Part shown: positions 20,215 to 29,752 of the stretch, in pieces | Numbering within the stretch: the stretch's first letter is position 1 | How the letters are laid out: every line of letters begins with the position of its first letter | Assembly (NCBI GenBank): GCA_036337435.1 | Contig: JAYZEG010000058.1 | Coordinates: 224,001-288,000, forward strand | Length of the DNA: 64,000 bases | Source: Myxococcota bacterium | GTDB taxonomy: Bacteria; Myxococcota_A; Bradymonadia; UBA7976; UBA1532 | Direction of reading: 5' to 3' | Notes under the pieces: generated by a model | Database searches by the model: none | Told to the model about the DNA's origin: nothing | The model's input: only the letters and a program-made list of their open reading frames with translations | Made by a program: the position numbers and the translations under genes

Positions 20215-20361
20215 GGGGTGCGCCGCGTACACCTACTCCTGGTCGGAGACATACAGTTTGTTTTTTCGGCTGCAGCTGGATGTTCAGGCCGGTCACAGAT
20301 TTGGAGACCTTGGGTGGGCCTGTCACATCGATTGTTCAGGATGAGTAGGGGTCGGAGCCTC
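20215..20361 (+). ncRNA. Candidate structured small RNA, family unassigned (6S-like rod with a side hairpin)
   Basis: End-to-end pairing GGGGT/GCCTC, CCG/CGG, CCTACTC/GAGTAGG, GATGT/ACATC, CAGGCC/GGCCTG, GGTC/GACC; upstream TTGGGG-N18-TACTAT. Confidence 0.45.
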
Positions 20362-20367
20362 AGTTGT

Positions 20368-21012
20368 TTACTTTGGCACTTTTTCCCAGTCTGCGAGGAA
20401 ACGTTGCAAGCCGATATCTGTGAGTGGGTGCTGAGCGAGTTTATTGAGGACCCCGTACGGAATGGTCGCGACATGAGCACCGGCAAGTGCTGCGTCAACC
20501 ACATGCATCGGCGAACGAACACTCGCAACGAGAACTTCTGTTTCAAACATATAATTGTCGTAGATGTGGACGATTTGTCGAATCAGGTCCATTCCCTCAT
20601 GCTGGATGTCATCTAATCGACCCACGAACGGGCTGATATATGTTGCACCCGCTTTGGCAGCCATCAGTGCCTGTACGGCTGAAAAGCAGAGAGTCACATT
20701 GGTCTTGATGTCGTTATCGGTACACCATCGAGTCGCTTTTAGGCCTGCTTCGATCAATGGAATTTTAACGACGATATTTTTGTGGATTTTAGCAAGATTC
20801 TTCGCCTCGGCGACCATGCCGTCGAAGTCTGTACTCACCACCTCGGCAGAAATTGGTCCATCAACCACGTCACAAATCTCGGCGATCACCTCGTCGAAGC
20901 TTCGGCCTGTTTTTGCGATGAGGCTTGGATTTGTCGTCACTCCGTCCAGTAGGCCCATATCTTGCGCCTGTCGAATTTCATTAATGTCAGCTGTATCGAT
21001 AAAGAATTTCAT
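20368..21012 (-). CDS. fsa: Transaldolase / fructose-6-phosphate aldolase family
   Basis: [45 protein letters not shown]. Confidence 0.95.
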   Translation of the reverse strand: MKFFIDTADINEIRQAQDMGLLDGVTTNPSLIAKTGRSFDEVIAEICDVVDGPISAEVVSTDFDGMVAEAKNLAKIHKNIVVKIPLIEAGLKATRWCTDNDIKTNVTLCFSAVQALMAAKAGATYISPFVGRLDDIQHEGMDLIRQIVHIYDNYMFETEVLVASVRSPMHVVDAALAGAHVATIPYGVLNKLAQHPLTDIGLQRFLADWEKVPK

Positions 21013-21183
21013 GGCAACCTCCGAATGACGCCGATGTGTAGATGCTCGCCGACTTCATAACCGAGCTTGGACCAGAAATACAGGCGTCCGTGTTCTTTTG
21101 TTGCATTCATGTCTTTTTCGGGCATGTTTGGGTTCGTTGCCATGGAGACAAGTGGTCGTCTTAGTGGCTACAAAGGAGGTCTG

Positions 21184-22137
21184 ATGAAGATATTGATTAC
21201 AGGTGCAGCCGGTTTTATTGGGTCTCACTTGGTCGACCGACTTCTCCAAGATGGTCATCATGTTTTAGGTCTCGACAACTTCAACGAATTTTATGACCCA
21301 AAACTGAAGGAACGAAACTTAAAGACAGCTCTCGCTAACCCAAATTTTGAACTGATCAAGGGCGATATTTGTGACGCGGAGTTGGTCGACTCTGTTTTTT
21401 CCTCCTTTAAGCCTAAACGGTTAGTCCATCTCGCAGCCTGGGCTGGGGTCAGACCGAGTATTGAGACGCCCGCCATATACAGTGACGTCAATCTTGGCGG
21501 AACAGTGAACCTATTTCAGGCGTGCGTCGCCCATGGCGTCGACCGAGTTTGCTTTGCATCGTCATCATCAGTTTACGGCGACCGACAGACGGTGCCCTTC
21601 ACAGAAGAAGACGATGTTTCCAAGCCGATTTCTCCCTATGCAGCAACAAAGCGTTCAGGAGAGCTACTCGCATATACGTGGCACCACTTATTTAAGCTCC
21701 ACATTCATTGTCTTAGATTTTTTACCGTTTATGGACCACGGCAGAGGCCTGAAATGGCAATCGCTAAATTTGTGAATCTAATCGAGGCGGATCAGACCAT
21801 CGAAATTTATGGAGATGGCCATAGCGCACGAGATTACACGTATATCGATGACATCATCGATGGTGTGATTCAATCTATCGAACATGTAGACGGCTATGGG
21901 ATTTACAATCTGGGTAACTCGGTACCCACAAAGCTTTTGGATCTTGTCAACTTGATCGGTCTGACTCTAGGCAAGGAGCCTCGTTTGTCCTTTCAGCCCA
22001 ATCAGCCAGGCGATGTGTCCATCACCTATGCAGATCTCGCGAGATCGAAAACTGATTTGGGGTATCAACCGAAAACATCAATGAAAGCCGGCATTGCTCA
22101 ATATGTTGAATGGTACCGGCGCATTCACTCAGTTTAG
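21184..22137 (+). CDS. NAD-dependent epimerase (UDP-glucuronate 4-epimerase-like)
   Basis: GAAGFIG, HLAAWAGVRPS, ASSSSVYG, YAATK, RFFTVYGPRQRPEMA; SD AAGGAGG. Confidence 0.9.
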   Translation: MKILITGAAGFIGSHLVDRLLQDGHHVLGLDNFNEFYDPKLKERNLKTALANPNFELIKGDICDAELVDSVFSSFKPKRLVHLAAWAGVRPSIETPAIYSDVNLGGTVNLFQACVAHGVDRVCFASSSSVYGDRQTVPFTEEDDVSKPISPYAATKRSGELLAYTWHHLFKLHIHCLRFFTVYGPRQRPEMAIAKFVNLIEADQTIEIYGDGHSARDYTYIDDIIDGVIQSIEHVDGYGIYNLGNSVPTKLLDLVNLIGLTLGKEPRLSFQPNQPGDVSITYADLARSKTDLGYQPKTSMKAGIAQYVEWYRRIHSV

Positions 22138-22153
22138 GTTTGGAACTGGTCCA

Positions 22154-23506
22154 TTAGACAGGTAACGCCTCGCCTCGACCAATGGCAAAATATCGAATAC
22201 CGAATTTCTTAAGACGGTTTTCATCGTAGAGATTGCGGCCGTCGAAGATGTTCAGAGATTTCAACTTGTCCACGAGCATTTCGAAGTCAGGTCTCCGATA
22301 CACACTCCATTCCGTGCAAATACAGAGGGCATCAGCCTGATGAAGGCAATCGTAGTGGTCGTCGCAAAACTGGATCCGGTCTCCGAAGAGAAGAGCCGCA
22401 TTGTCCATCGCTTCGGGGTCATGGGCGAGCACTTGGGCACCGGCCTCCAGGAGTCCGTTGATCAAATCAATGCTTGGCGCCTCGCGCATATCATCGGTTC
22501 TTGGCTTGAAAGCGAGTCCCCAAACCGCAATTCGTCGACCCGCGAGATCGCCATTGAAGTGCGCCGTCAATTTCTTGAGAAGGATTGATTTTTGGTCGCG
22601 GTTGACTTCATCGACGGCCTCTAAAATTCGAAGGGGATGGCCGGATTTAATACCGGTATGGGTCAGTGCTTTGACGTCTTTCGGAAAGCATGAGCCACCA
22701 TAGCCCGTTCCGGGAAACAGGAATTGGTACCCGATCCGCGGATCTGAACCGATGCCTTGCCTTACATCCTCTATGTCTGCTCCGACTCTTTCAGCGAGAT
22801 TAGACAAATCATTCATGAAGCTTATTTTGGTCGCAAGAATCGCGTTTGCTGCATACTTTGTGAGCTCACTAGACCGAACGGCCATAAACTGAATTCGCTC
22901 TCGTGTCCGAGTGAACGGTTCATAGAGTTCTCTGAGCACGCTTTGGGCGAGCCGTCCCAGTTCTGAGTCCGGCGTGCCGACGATAATTCGGTCTGGTTTT
23001 CTAAAGTCGTTGAGTGCATCACCCTCCTTGAGGAACTCAGGATTCGAGCACACGACAAAGGGTAGACTAGCCGATTCTTGAATGATCTCTGACACCCGGT
23101 CTGTCGTGCCAACGGGCACGGTCGACTTAGTCAAGACAATCTTGCACCCGTCGATGAGGGTATTCTCACCGCTTTGCAGTGTATCACCGATGGTTTTCGC
23201 AACGGACTCAACATACTGAAGCTCAGCAGATCCATCATCGCCTTGCGGTGTTCCAACAGCGATAAATATGATCGCGCCTTTGCGGCATGCTTCGGCTACA
23301 TCGGTCGTAAAACCCAGGCGGCCTGCCGTTAGGTTTTTTTTCACTAAGTCGCTGAGACCTGGTTCGAAGAAGGGGACTTGCCCGTCCATCAAATGGTCGA
23401 TTTTTCGTGCATCGATATCGGCGCAGACCACGTTATGTCCAACGTTCGATAAACACGTGCCGACAACCAATCCAACGTAACCACTTCCAATCACAGTAAT
23501 TTGCAT
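22154..23506 (-). CDS. ugd: UDP-glucose 6-dehydrogenase
   Basis: GSGYVG, IAVGTP, KSTVPVGT, NPEFLKEG, GYGGSCFPKD, GLAFKPRTDDMRE; start reassigned to 23506. Confidence 0.95.
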   Translation of the reverse strand: MQITVIGSGYVGLVVGTCLSNVGHNVVCADIDARKIDHLMDGQVPFFEPGLSDLVKKNLTAGRLGFTTDVAEACRKGAIIFIAVGTPQGDDGSAELQYVESVAKTIGDTLQSGENTLIDGCKIVLTKSTVPVGTTDRVSEIIQESASLPFVVCSNPEFLKEGDALNDFRKPDRIIVGTPDSELGRLAQSVLRELYEPFTRTRERIQFMAVRSSELTKYAANAILATKISFMNDLSNLAERVGADIEDVRQGIGSDPRIGYQFLFPGTGYGGSCFPKDVKALTHTGIKSGHPLRILEAVDEVNRDQKSILLKKLTAHFNGDLAGRRIAVWGLAFKPRTDDMREAPSIDLINGLLEAGAQVLAHDPEAMDNAALLFGDRIQFCDDHYDCLHQADALCICTEWSVYRRPDFEMLVDKLKSLNIFDGRNLYDENRLKKFGIRYFAIGRGEALPV

Positions 23507-23744
23507 ACCTACCTCAACTCGCATGGGCCTTTGGGAACTGGAGCCACTCGTTCCCCGTTGGGTTACATATAACGAGTCAACATTCCGTGTCTTGTATTTT
23601 TCATTACAGTCCAAAATTCCATCGCGCTTTGTTCATCCAACTCGTCTGAATAAATTGGTCATCAAGCATAATGACGATGCATTTTGTCTCTGAACGAGTT
23701 AGTGACGAAGTAGACATATCCTTGTGGATGAGAGGTGGATCAAA

Positions 23745-24932
23745 ATGGGCATTATCGTCCAAAAATACGGCGGAAGTTCTGTAGCCACTCCCGACCAAAT
23801 CAGTGCAGTGGCGCGGCGAATTACAGAAACGCGCCAAAAAGGGCATTCAGTGGTTGTTGTTGTCTCAGCGATGGGCAACACCACAAATGAACTTCTGCAG
23901 CTGGCGAACCAAGTTAGTTTGAATCCTCAGCGTCGAGAATTAGATATGCTTTTGACCGTCGGAGAACGGATATCAATGGCACTCTTGTCGATGGCGATTC
24001 ACGAATTGGGCTACCCGGCTGTTTCATTCACGGGCTCACAAAGCGGAATCATCACGACGGACAATCATACGAATGCCCGGATCATTAGAGTCACGCCAGT
24101 TCGGATTCAGCAGGCGTTGGCGAAAGGTCAAATCGTCATCGTCGCGGGTTTTCAGGGTGTCAGCGAACGTTTAGAGATCACCAGCCTTGGTCGAGGTGGT
24201 TCCGATACAACCGCCGTCGCTCTTGCCGCAGCCTTAAATGCCGATTATGTAGAAATTTGTTCTGATGTGGATGGTGTCTACTCTGCTGACCCGCGCCTTG
24301 TGCCAGATGCAAGGCGAATTGAGCAAATGAGCTACGAGCACATGCAAACTCTCGCTGATGCAGGGGCTAAAGTTTTAAATGCTGAAGCGGTTGAATGGGC
24401 GCGTCGAAACGGGATCGAAATTCGATGTGCATCGACTCATGGGACCCAAGAGCCAGGCACCCGAGTGCGTCGAGTGGATGGCTTGGACCATCCCCGTGTT
24501 ATCGGGGTGACGAAGCATCCGGGGTTGGTTTATTTGGGGCCGACAGCATTTGGCTTGGAGGCACCGGATAGTCTGGAGAATATCCTTGTCGCCCATGGTG
24601 CTTCGAACGCTGTTGTCTGGCGATTTTCCGACACTTGGGCGGCCCTTGTCCCTCGGCAAAACATTCATGGCATCGATGCGTTTAAGGGCGCGATCTCAAA
24701 TCTCTCAGGAATCTTAATTCGGGAAGATTTGACTCTTGTGAGCATCATCGGACGGTCGCTTACGGCACCGCCCGCGATTCTTCCTATAGCGCGCACTGTT
24801 CTTTCTGAGAACCGAATTGAAATTCATGGGCAGGCATTGGAACCCAATCAAGTGGGATTCCTCATCGATGCGACCAAAGCTGATCTGGCTGTATCGGTCT
24901 TGCATGATGCGGTCATTGGGGCGGTCAGCTGA
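23745..24932 (+). CDS. lysC: Aspartate kinase
   Basis: [46 protein letters not shown]; divergent ACT region. Confidence 0.93.
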   Translation: MGIIVQKYGGSSVATPDQISAVARRITETRQKGHSVVVVVSAMGNTTNELLQLANQVSLNPQRRELDMLLTVGERISMALLSMAIHELGYPAVSFTGSQSGIITTDNHTNARIIRVTPVRIQQALAKGQIVIVAGFQGVSERLEITSLGRGGSDTTAVALAAALNADYVEICSDVDGVYSADPRLVPDARRIEQMSYEHMQTLADAGAKVLNAEAVEWARRNGIEIRCASTHGTQEPGTRVRRVDGLDHPRVIGVTKHPGLVYLGPTAFGLEAPDSLENILVAHGASNAVVWRFSDTWAALVPRQNIHGIDAFKGAISNLSGILIREDLTLVSIIGRSLTAPPAILPIARTVLSENRIEIHGQALEPNQVGFLIDATKADLAVSVLHDAVIGAVS

Positions 24933-25006
24933 TCGATGAACAGGAAGTTTGGGAATCTACAATTTGCGAGGAATACTCTCCTTACCCAGAGGTGTTGCTC
25001 GTGACC

Positions 25007-25786
25007 ATGAACAGACGAAAAGCCATCAAACTGACAGCAGCAGTCTGCGCTGCCATCCTGGCGCCCCGACGCGGCTTGTCCATCGGGCGCGATTCAAAAG
25101 TCGGAATCGCCGTTCTCGATCGCGGGAATTCTCGCCAATTAAGACCCCGTTGTGTCGAGCAATTGATGTGGGAAGTATCAAAGCGAACCAGCATCAACGT
25201 GCGCGAAGAACCCGTTTATCTGAAGCTCACCGATGAATCTTTATTTCGAAACCCCTTTCTGGTGTGGTTTGGGCAAGGTTCGATTCAACCTCTCTCCGAG
25301 ATGGAGCGCCGACGCTTGTCTCTGTATCTGCGAGGGGGTGGAACGCTTCTCATCAGCGATGTATCACCACTTGGAGACGATGGTTTCGACACATCTATAC
25401 GCTCTGAGATGAGCCTGTTGTGGCCCGACAGAGATTGGATGCGATTGGGCAACGATCACACGGTTTACAGAACTTTTTATCTCTTGGAAACTCCCAAGGG
25501 GCGGGTGGCTCGAACAGATCATTTAGAAGGGGTCATTTTTGATGACCGTAGCCCGGTCATTTATGAGCGCAATGATCTCTTCGGTGCCTTTGGTCGAGAA
25601 CGATTTGGCGCATGGTCGATGCCTGTTTTTCCAGGCGGTGAGCGACAGAGAGAAATGGCTTTTCGCACAGGGCTCAACCTCGTCATGTACGCAACATGCT
25701 TAAATTATAAGCGTGACCAAGTTCATGTCACAGAGATTCTCCGTCGTCGTAACTGGCGCGTAGAGCCGTCCAAAACGATTCGATAG
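25007..25786 (+). CDS. DUF4159-like protein with twin-arginine-like signal
   Basis: MNRRKAIK + hydrophobic stretch; YLRGGGTL, DHTVYRTFY, REMAFRTGLNLVMYA. Confidence 0.75.
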   Translation: MNRRKAIKLTAAVCAAILAPRRGLSIGRDSKVGIAVLDRGNSRQLRPRCVEQLMWEVSKRTSINVREEPVYLKLTDESLFRNPFLVWFGQGSIQPLSEMERRRLSLYLRGGGTLLISDVSPLGDDGFDTSIRSEMSLLWPDRDWMRLGNDHTVYRTFYLLETPKGRVARTDHLEGVIFDDRSPVIYERNDLFGAFGRERFGAWSMPVFPGGERQREMAFRTGLNLVMYATCLNYKRDQVHVTEILRRRNWRVEPSKTIR

Positions 25787-25788
25787 CT

Positions 25789-28098
25789 ATGCTCAGAGAC
25801 CTTTTTGATACAGATGGCCAGTTTAACAGTGCGCATTGGGTTGTGTTGTCTGATTGGTCAGGATTGACTTGGACGGCAGTCGGCTTGCTGGTTTGTATTC
25901 TCATCGGATTCAGCTGGTGGAATACGCAACCCTTGAATCGAATGCGACGAATTACACTCTTGGCCTTACGAACGGCCACCCTGGTTGTGATTACGTTCCT
26001 TTTCATACAACCGGGGATTCGGTTAGAACATCGAAACATCGTTCGCAATCATGTTGCTGTCCTTATCGATCAATCCAGAAGCATGCTGCTGCCTGGTCAG
26101 TCATCTGGGTCTCGATTGGATCAGTTGAAGCGGTATTTGGAGGCGAACTTAGCCGTTTTCAAATCTTGGCAAACAGAACACCAGGTGGATTATTTCACCT
26201 TTGGCCGTTACGTGAAGGCCGTCGACGATCTCAAATCTATTCAGGCACTGGGTGAGATGACCGATTTGGCAGGTGCCCTTGATGATGTCCAGAGTCGGTA
26301 CACGTCAGGCGACCTGGCCGCTGTCATCATATTGAGCGACGGCACCGATACCACCAAGTTGAAAGAGATCAGTGATCCAAGTTTGATTCCTAATCGGGTT
26401 CAAATAGCCATCAAGAAACTCAATGCGCCGGTTCATACAGTCTTCATTGGGCCCGATAAAGTTGCCCCAGATTTAGCAATTCAAGATTTATCCTATGATG
26501 AGTTCGCATTCGTTCGGAATGCTGTGACCATTGATGCGAAGGTCTCGGTTTTCGGTTACGAGCAGTTGCGGATACCTGTCACGATGAAGAGAAACGGTAA
26601 GGAATTAGGGCGACAAGTCTTGGAGGTTGTGCCCGGAAAACAAAACTATGAGTTCTCCTTCGAGTTCGTACCTGACGAGACCGGTAAGTCGTCATTTACA
26701 TTTGAGGTTGGCTCGGCCCCAGGTGAACAAATTGTCATCAACAATCGGCGAGAATTTGTCATTCGAGTCATCCGAGACAAAATACGCGTCTTGCAAGTTG
26801 TTGGTCGACCCAGTTGGGACGAGCGTTTTTTGCGCAAGCTGCTAAAGAAAAACCCCAATGTGGACTTGATTAGTTTTTTTATTTTGCGAACGTCATCCAG
26901 TCTCCAGGTGGCGCGACGCAACGAAATGTCGCTGATCCCCTTTCCAACACAGGAATTATTCGAACAGCAGCTCGGTAGTTTTGACCTCATCATTTTTCAA
27001 AATTTCACTTACCGTGGTTACCAAATGCGACAGTATATGCCACTGATTAAGCGCTATGTGCAAAACGGCGGCGGCTTTGTCATGGTCGGGGGCGATATCA
27101 GCTTTGCGAACGGGGGTTATGCAGGTACACCCATCGCGGAGTTTTTGCCCGTGACTCTCCGTGGAGGCCAGCTCGGTGGTGGCGAAAAATCAGATTATAG
27201 GCCCACTTTGACGCCCGCAGGACAGTTTCATCCCATAACAAATTTAAAGCTCTCAAGAGATGAGAATCAAACCGCTTGGCAGAGCTTACCGATGCTCTCG
27301 GGTCTCAACCAAGTTGCAGGCTTGGCCCCTGATTCTGTCGTTCTGCTCGAGCATCCTACGAAGCGGGTCGGCGTAAAAAAGAGTCCTGTTGTTGCCGTTC
27401 GAAATTTTGGCAAAGGCCGAGTGTTGAGCGTTCTGACCGATTCTACATGGCGGTGGGATTTCGAGGCCTTTGGTTTAGGGGCAGATAATCGGAACTATTA
27501 CAAGTTTTGGGGGAATGCCATCCGATGGTTAATTCGGGACCCAGACCTGAAAACCATTCGAGTGACAACCGGCAAGGATCGGTACGCTGTCGGAGATCAG
27601 GTCTCTGTGACAGTGCGCTTGCAGGCTGATGACTATCGACCCGCCATCGATCAACCGGTTCGTGTTGAGGTCGGCAAACGCCACAATGAACAAACCAGCA
27701 CAGAGGCGCCGATCATTCGCCAAGGTAAGACCGATAAAGGGGGGCTATTTACTTTTTCGGTCCCCATTAAAACCGATGGCGTTTGGCGCGTTGTTGCGCG
27801 TTCTGGAGAAGATCAGGAGCTCGTTGACCAGGATGTGTTCGTCGTTACATCAGAGCCCATTGAATTAGCGACCACGAAAACCAACCCATTGTTGCTCAAA
27901 TCGATTTCGTCAATTGGTCAAGGGCGCTTCCTCGATGATGGCGATGATCTTGCGGACCTCGAGCGAAAGCCACCGTTGCTTCTCCAGGTAAACCGCCGCA
28001 AAGATGTTCCACTTTGGGCGAGTGCTTGGTTACTGCTTCTGGCAATCATTTTGCCGTCTACCGAATGGTTCTTGCGCCGTCGGTGGGGACTCCTGTAA
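25789..28098 (+). CDS. Membrane-anchored vWA + glutamine amidotransferase-like domain protein
   Basis: N-terminal TMs, MIDAS DQSRS..T..LSDG, GGGFVMVGG GATase-like region, C-terminal TM EWFLRRRWGL. Confidence 0.75.
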   Translation: MLRDLFDTDGQFNSAHWVVLSDWSGLTWTAVGLLVCILIGFSWWNTQPLNRMRRITLLALRTATLVVITFLFIQPGIRLEHRNIVRNHVAVLIDQSRSMLLPGQSSGSRLDQLKRYLEANLAVFKSWQTEHQVDYFTFGRYVKAVDDLKSIQALGEMTDLAGALDDVQSRYTSGDLAAVIILSDGTDTTKLKEISDPSLIPNRVQIAIKKLNAPVHTVFIGPDKVAPDLAIQDLSYDEFAFVRNAVTIDAKVSVFGYEQLRIPVTMKRNGKELGRQVLEVVPGKQNYEFSFEFVPDETGKSSFTFEVGSAPGEQIVINNRREFVIRVIRDKIRVLQVVGRPSWDERFLRKLLKKNPNVDLISFFILRTSSSLQVARRNEMSLIPFPTQELFEQQLGSFDLIIFQNFTYRGYQMRQYMPLIKRYVQNGGGFVMVGGDISFANGGYAGTPIAEFLPVTLRGGQLGGGEKSDYRPTLTPAGQFHPITNLKLSRDENQTAWQSLPMLSGLNQVAGLAPDSVVLLEHPTKRVGVKKSPVVAVRNFGKGRVLSVLTDSTWRWDFEAFGLGADNRNYYKFWGNAIRWLIRDPDLKTIRVTTGKDRYAVGDQVSVTVRLQADDYRPAIDQPVRVEVGKRHNEQTSTEAPIIRQGKTDKGGLFTFSVPIKTDGVWRVVARSGEDQELVDQDVFVVTSEPIELATTKTNPLLLKSISSIGQGRFLDDGDDLADLERKPPLLLQVNRRKDVPLWASAWLLLLAIILPSTEWFLRRRWGLL

Positions 28099-28136
28099 GG
28101 CTTTTAACAAGGTTTCTACACAAGGATCGACTTTCC

Positions 28137-29027
28137 ATGGACACAGATTCGCTCGAGAAAATTGCCAGCGCCTTGTTACGTAGCTATGACCTTGATCAGG
28201 CCGAGAGACCCCGCCTTCCAGCCCGGCAAGTGGTTGTTGAAACATTGGATAAAATACGGCGCATACTTTTTCCCGGTTACTACGCTGAAGAGCGTTTACC
28301 GCCCGAGAGTCGCGCCTACTATGTCGGGACATGGCTGAGCGAATTAGAAACCTGCCTGGCCCATTTAATCGGTAAATCCATTGCTCATGCTGGTCCAAAT
28401 TCGGATCAGGCTGATCGGTCCAGCACCGTCGCTCTCGGTTTCTTACGCCAATTGCCGATGCTTCGCGAACAGTTAAGACTGGATGCTGAGGCCGCGTTGG
28501 CTGGGGATCCAGCCGCAAATAGCGTCGAGGAAGTTATCCTCACCTATCCTGGATTCGAAGCGATTACGGTACATCGAATCGCTCACTGGCTCTGGAAACA
28601 AAATGTTCCGTTTCTACCGAGAATTATGGCTGAGCATGCTCACACACAAACAGGAATTGATATCCATCCGGGTGCACACATCGGTGAGAGTTTCTTTATC
28701 GATCATGGGACAGGTGTCGTCATCGGTGAGACCACAAACATTGGAAACTGGGTGAAGATTTATCAGGGTGTAACGCTCGGTGCCCTTTCAGTTGAGCGGA
28801 GTCAGGCAGGTACAAAGCGTCATCCGACTCTGGAAGATGGTGTCGTCATTTATGCCGGTGCCACCGTATTGGGTGGTAAAACGGTCATCGGGCGGGATGC
28901 AGTCATTGGCGGTAACGTCTGGTTAACCGGATCGGTAGAGCCTGGTACGACTGTTCTTGAAAGTCCACCCGACCTAGACTTCCGCAGTGGCAATTCGTCC
29001 ACTGAGCCATCTGAGGATGCAGGATGA
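28137..29027 (+). CDS. cysE: Serine O-acetyltransferase
   Basis: GDPAA, YPG, HRIAH, TGIDIHPGA, FIDHGTGVVIGET, KRHPT hexapeptide repeats. Confidence 0.93.
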   Translation: MDTDSLEKIASALLRSYDLDQAERPRLPARQVVVETLDKIRRILFPGYYAEERLPPESRAYYVGTWLSELETCLAHLIGKSIAHAGPNSDQADRSSTVALGFLRQLPMLREQLRLDAEAALAGDPAANSVEEVILTYPGFEAITVHRIAHWLWKQNVPFLPRIMAEHAHTQTGIDIHPGAHIGESFFIDHGTGVVIGETTNIGNWVKIYQGVTLGALSVERSQAGTKRHPTLEDGVVIYAGATVLGGKTVIGRDAVIGGNVWLTGSVEPGTTVLESPPDLDFRSGNSSTEPSEDAG

Positions 29028-29608
29028 GAGCTGCGCTGATCATCGCGATTCTTATCGTTTTTGGGTTCGCCTACCACTTGTTTTCAACGGCCACCGAGAA
29101 AAGGTCGAGTCGACCCAACCAAGTTAGCCCTGAGTACGTGACCGAGACGGCACTCCCTTTTGAACGGCGGATTGCGCAAGACAAAGTGCGTCCGGATGCG
29201 CCTGACGGCAAGGGACCCCAACAGCCCGGTCAGACAAGAGCCCAAATCGATAATGATTCCAGCGAAAGGGGTGCCGAACCAAGTGGGCCTTTTGAGGTGA
29301 GTCTAGGCCAGCACACGGTTCATTTTCGGAATCACCCAGGCTTCGCTATGAAACTTCGGCTTGGCGTCGTTGTCCAGAGTAAGCTGACTCGGAAAGAAGT
29401 ACTGCTTAATCGACGAAAATTGACAAGAATGCTGTACTTTCTTGGGTCTAATCGACGATTGGAAGGGGCGCGCGGCGATGCAGGCCGTGATCGTCTGATC
29501 AGCGATTTGAGCACGCGCTTTTCGAATGTGATTCGATCAGGAGCCATCGACGCCGTGCAGATTGAAGAGTACGAAGTCGTCGAAGTTCCGAAAACGAACG
29601 GTGATTAG
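29024..29608 (+). CDS. FliL-like single-pass membrane protein
   Basis: N-terminal TM, linker, then SLGQHTVHF..MKLRLGVVV..RRLEGARGDAGRDRL..AVQIEEY resembling the FliL C-terminal domain. Confidence 0.5.
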   Translation: MRAALIIAILIVFGFAYHLFSTATEKRSSRPNQVSPEYVTETALPFERRIAQDKVRPDAPDGKGPQQPGQTRAQIDNDSSERGAEPSGPFEVSLGQHTVHFRNHPGFAMKLRLGVVVQSKLTRKEVLLNRRKLTRMLYFLGSNRRLEGARGDAGRDRLISDLSTRFSNVIRSGAIDAVQIEEYEVVEVPKTNGD

Positions 29609-29752
29609 CGACTGCATCGACAATTTAGCCTGAGAATAGACTGTTTAGCTGAGCAAATGCTCTCTGGTCGTGGTCTGACAGCGGACTGCCTAAATGCGGC
29701 AATTGAGTTGATTCTCACTTTAGATAAACCTGATTTCAGTGTAGTAGACCTC

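Noticed and set aside
20211..20365. Moco riboswitch upstream of xdhC, SRP RNA or 5S rRNA as the identity of the structured region
   Set aside because: Lacks the Moco GCCTCC..GAAAGG end, the SRP GGAA-loop/GCAGC domain and the 5S CCGAAC loop; pairing favours the strand opposite to xdhC; the GAGTAGG similarity to 5S is isolated
20144..20616. Short ORFs overlapping the xdhC-transaldolase gap (66, 111 and 132 aa), or a retron msr-msd
   Set aside because: No SD or recognisable motifs, and two overlap the transaldolase gene; no reverse transcriptase in the window
23540..23705. Partial inverted repeats (CTCGTT/AACGAG, GTTA-N4-TAAC) between ugd and lysC, considered as a lysine riboswitch or operator
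   Set aside because: Short and imperfect; no lysine riboswitch consensus or terminator recognised
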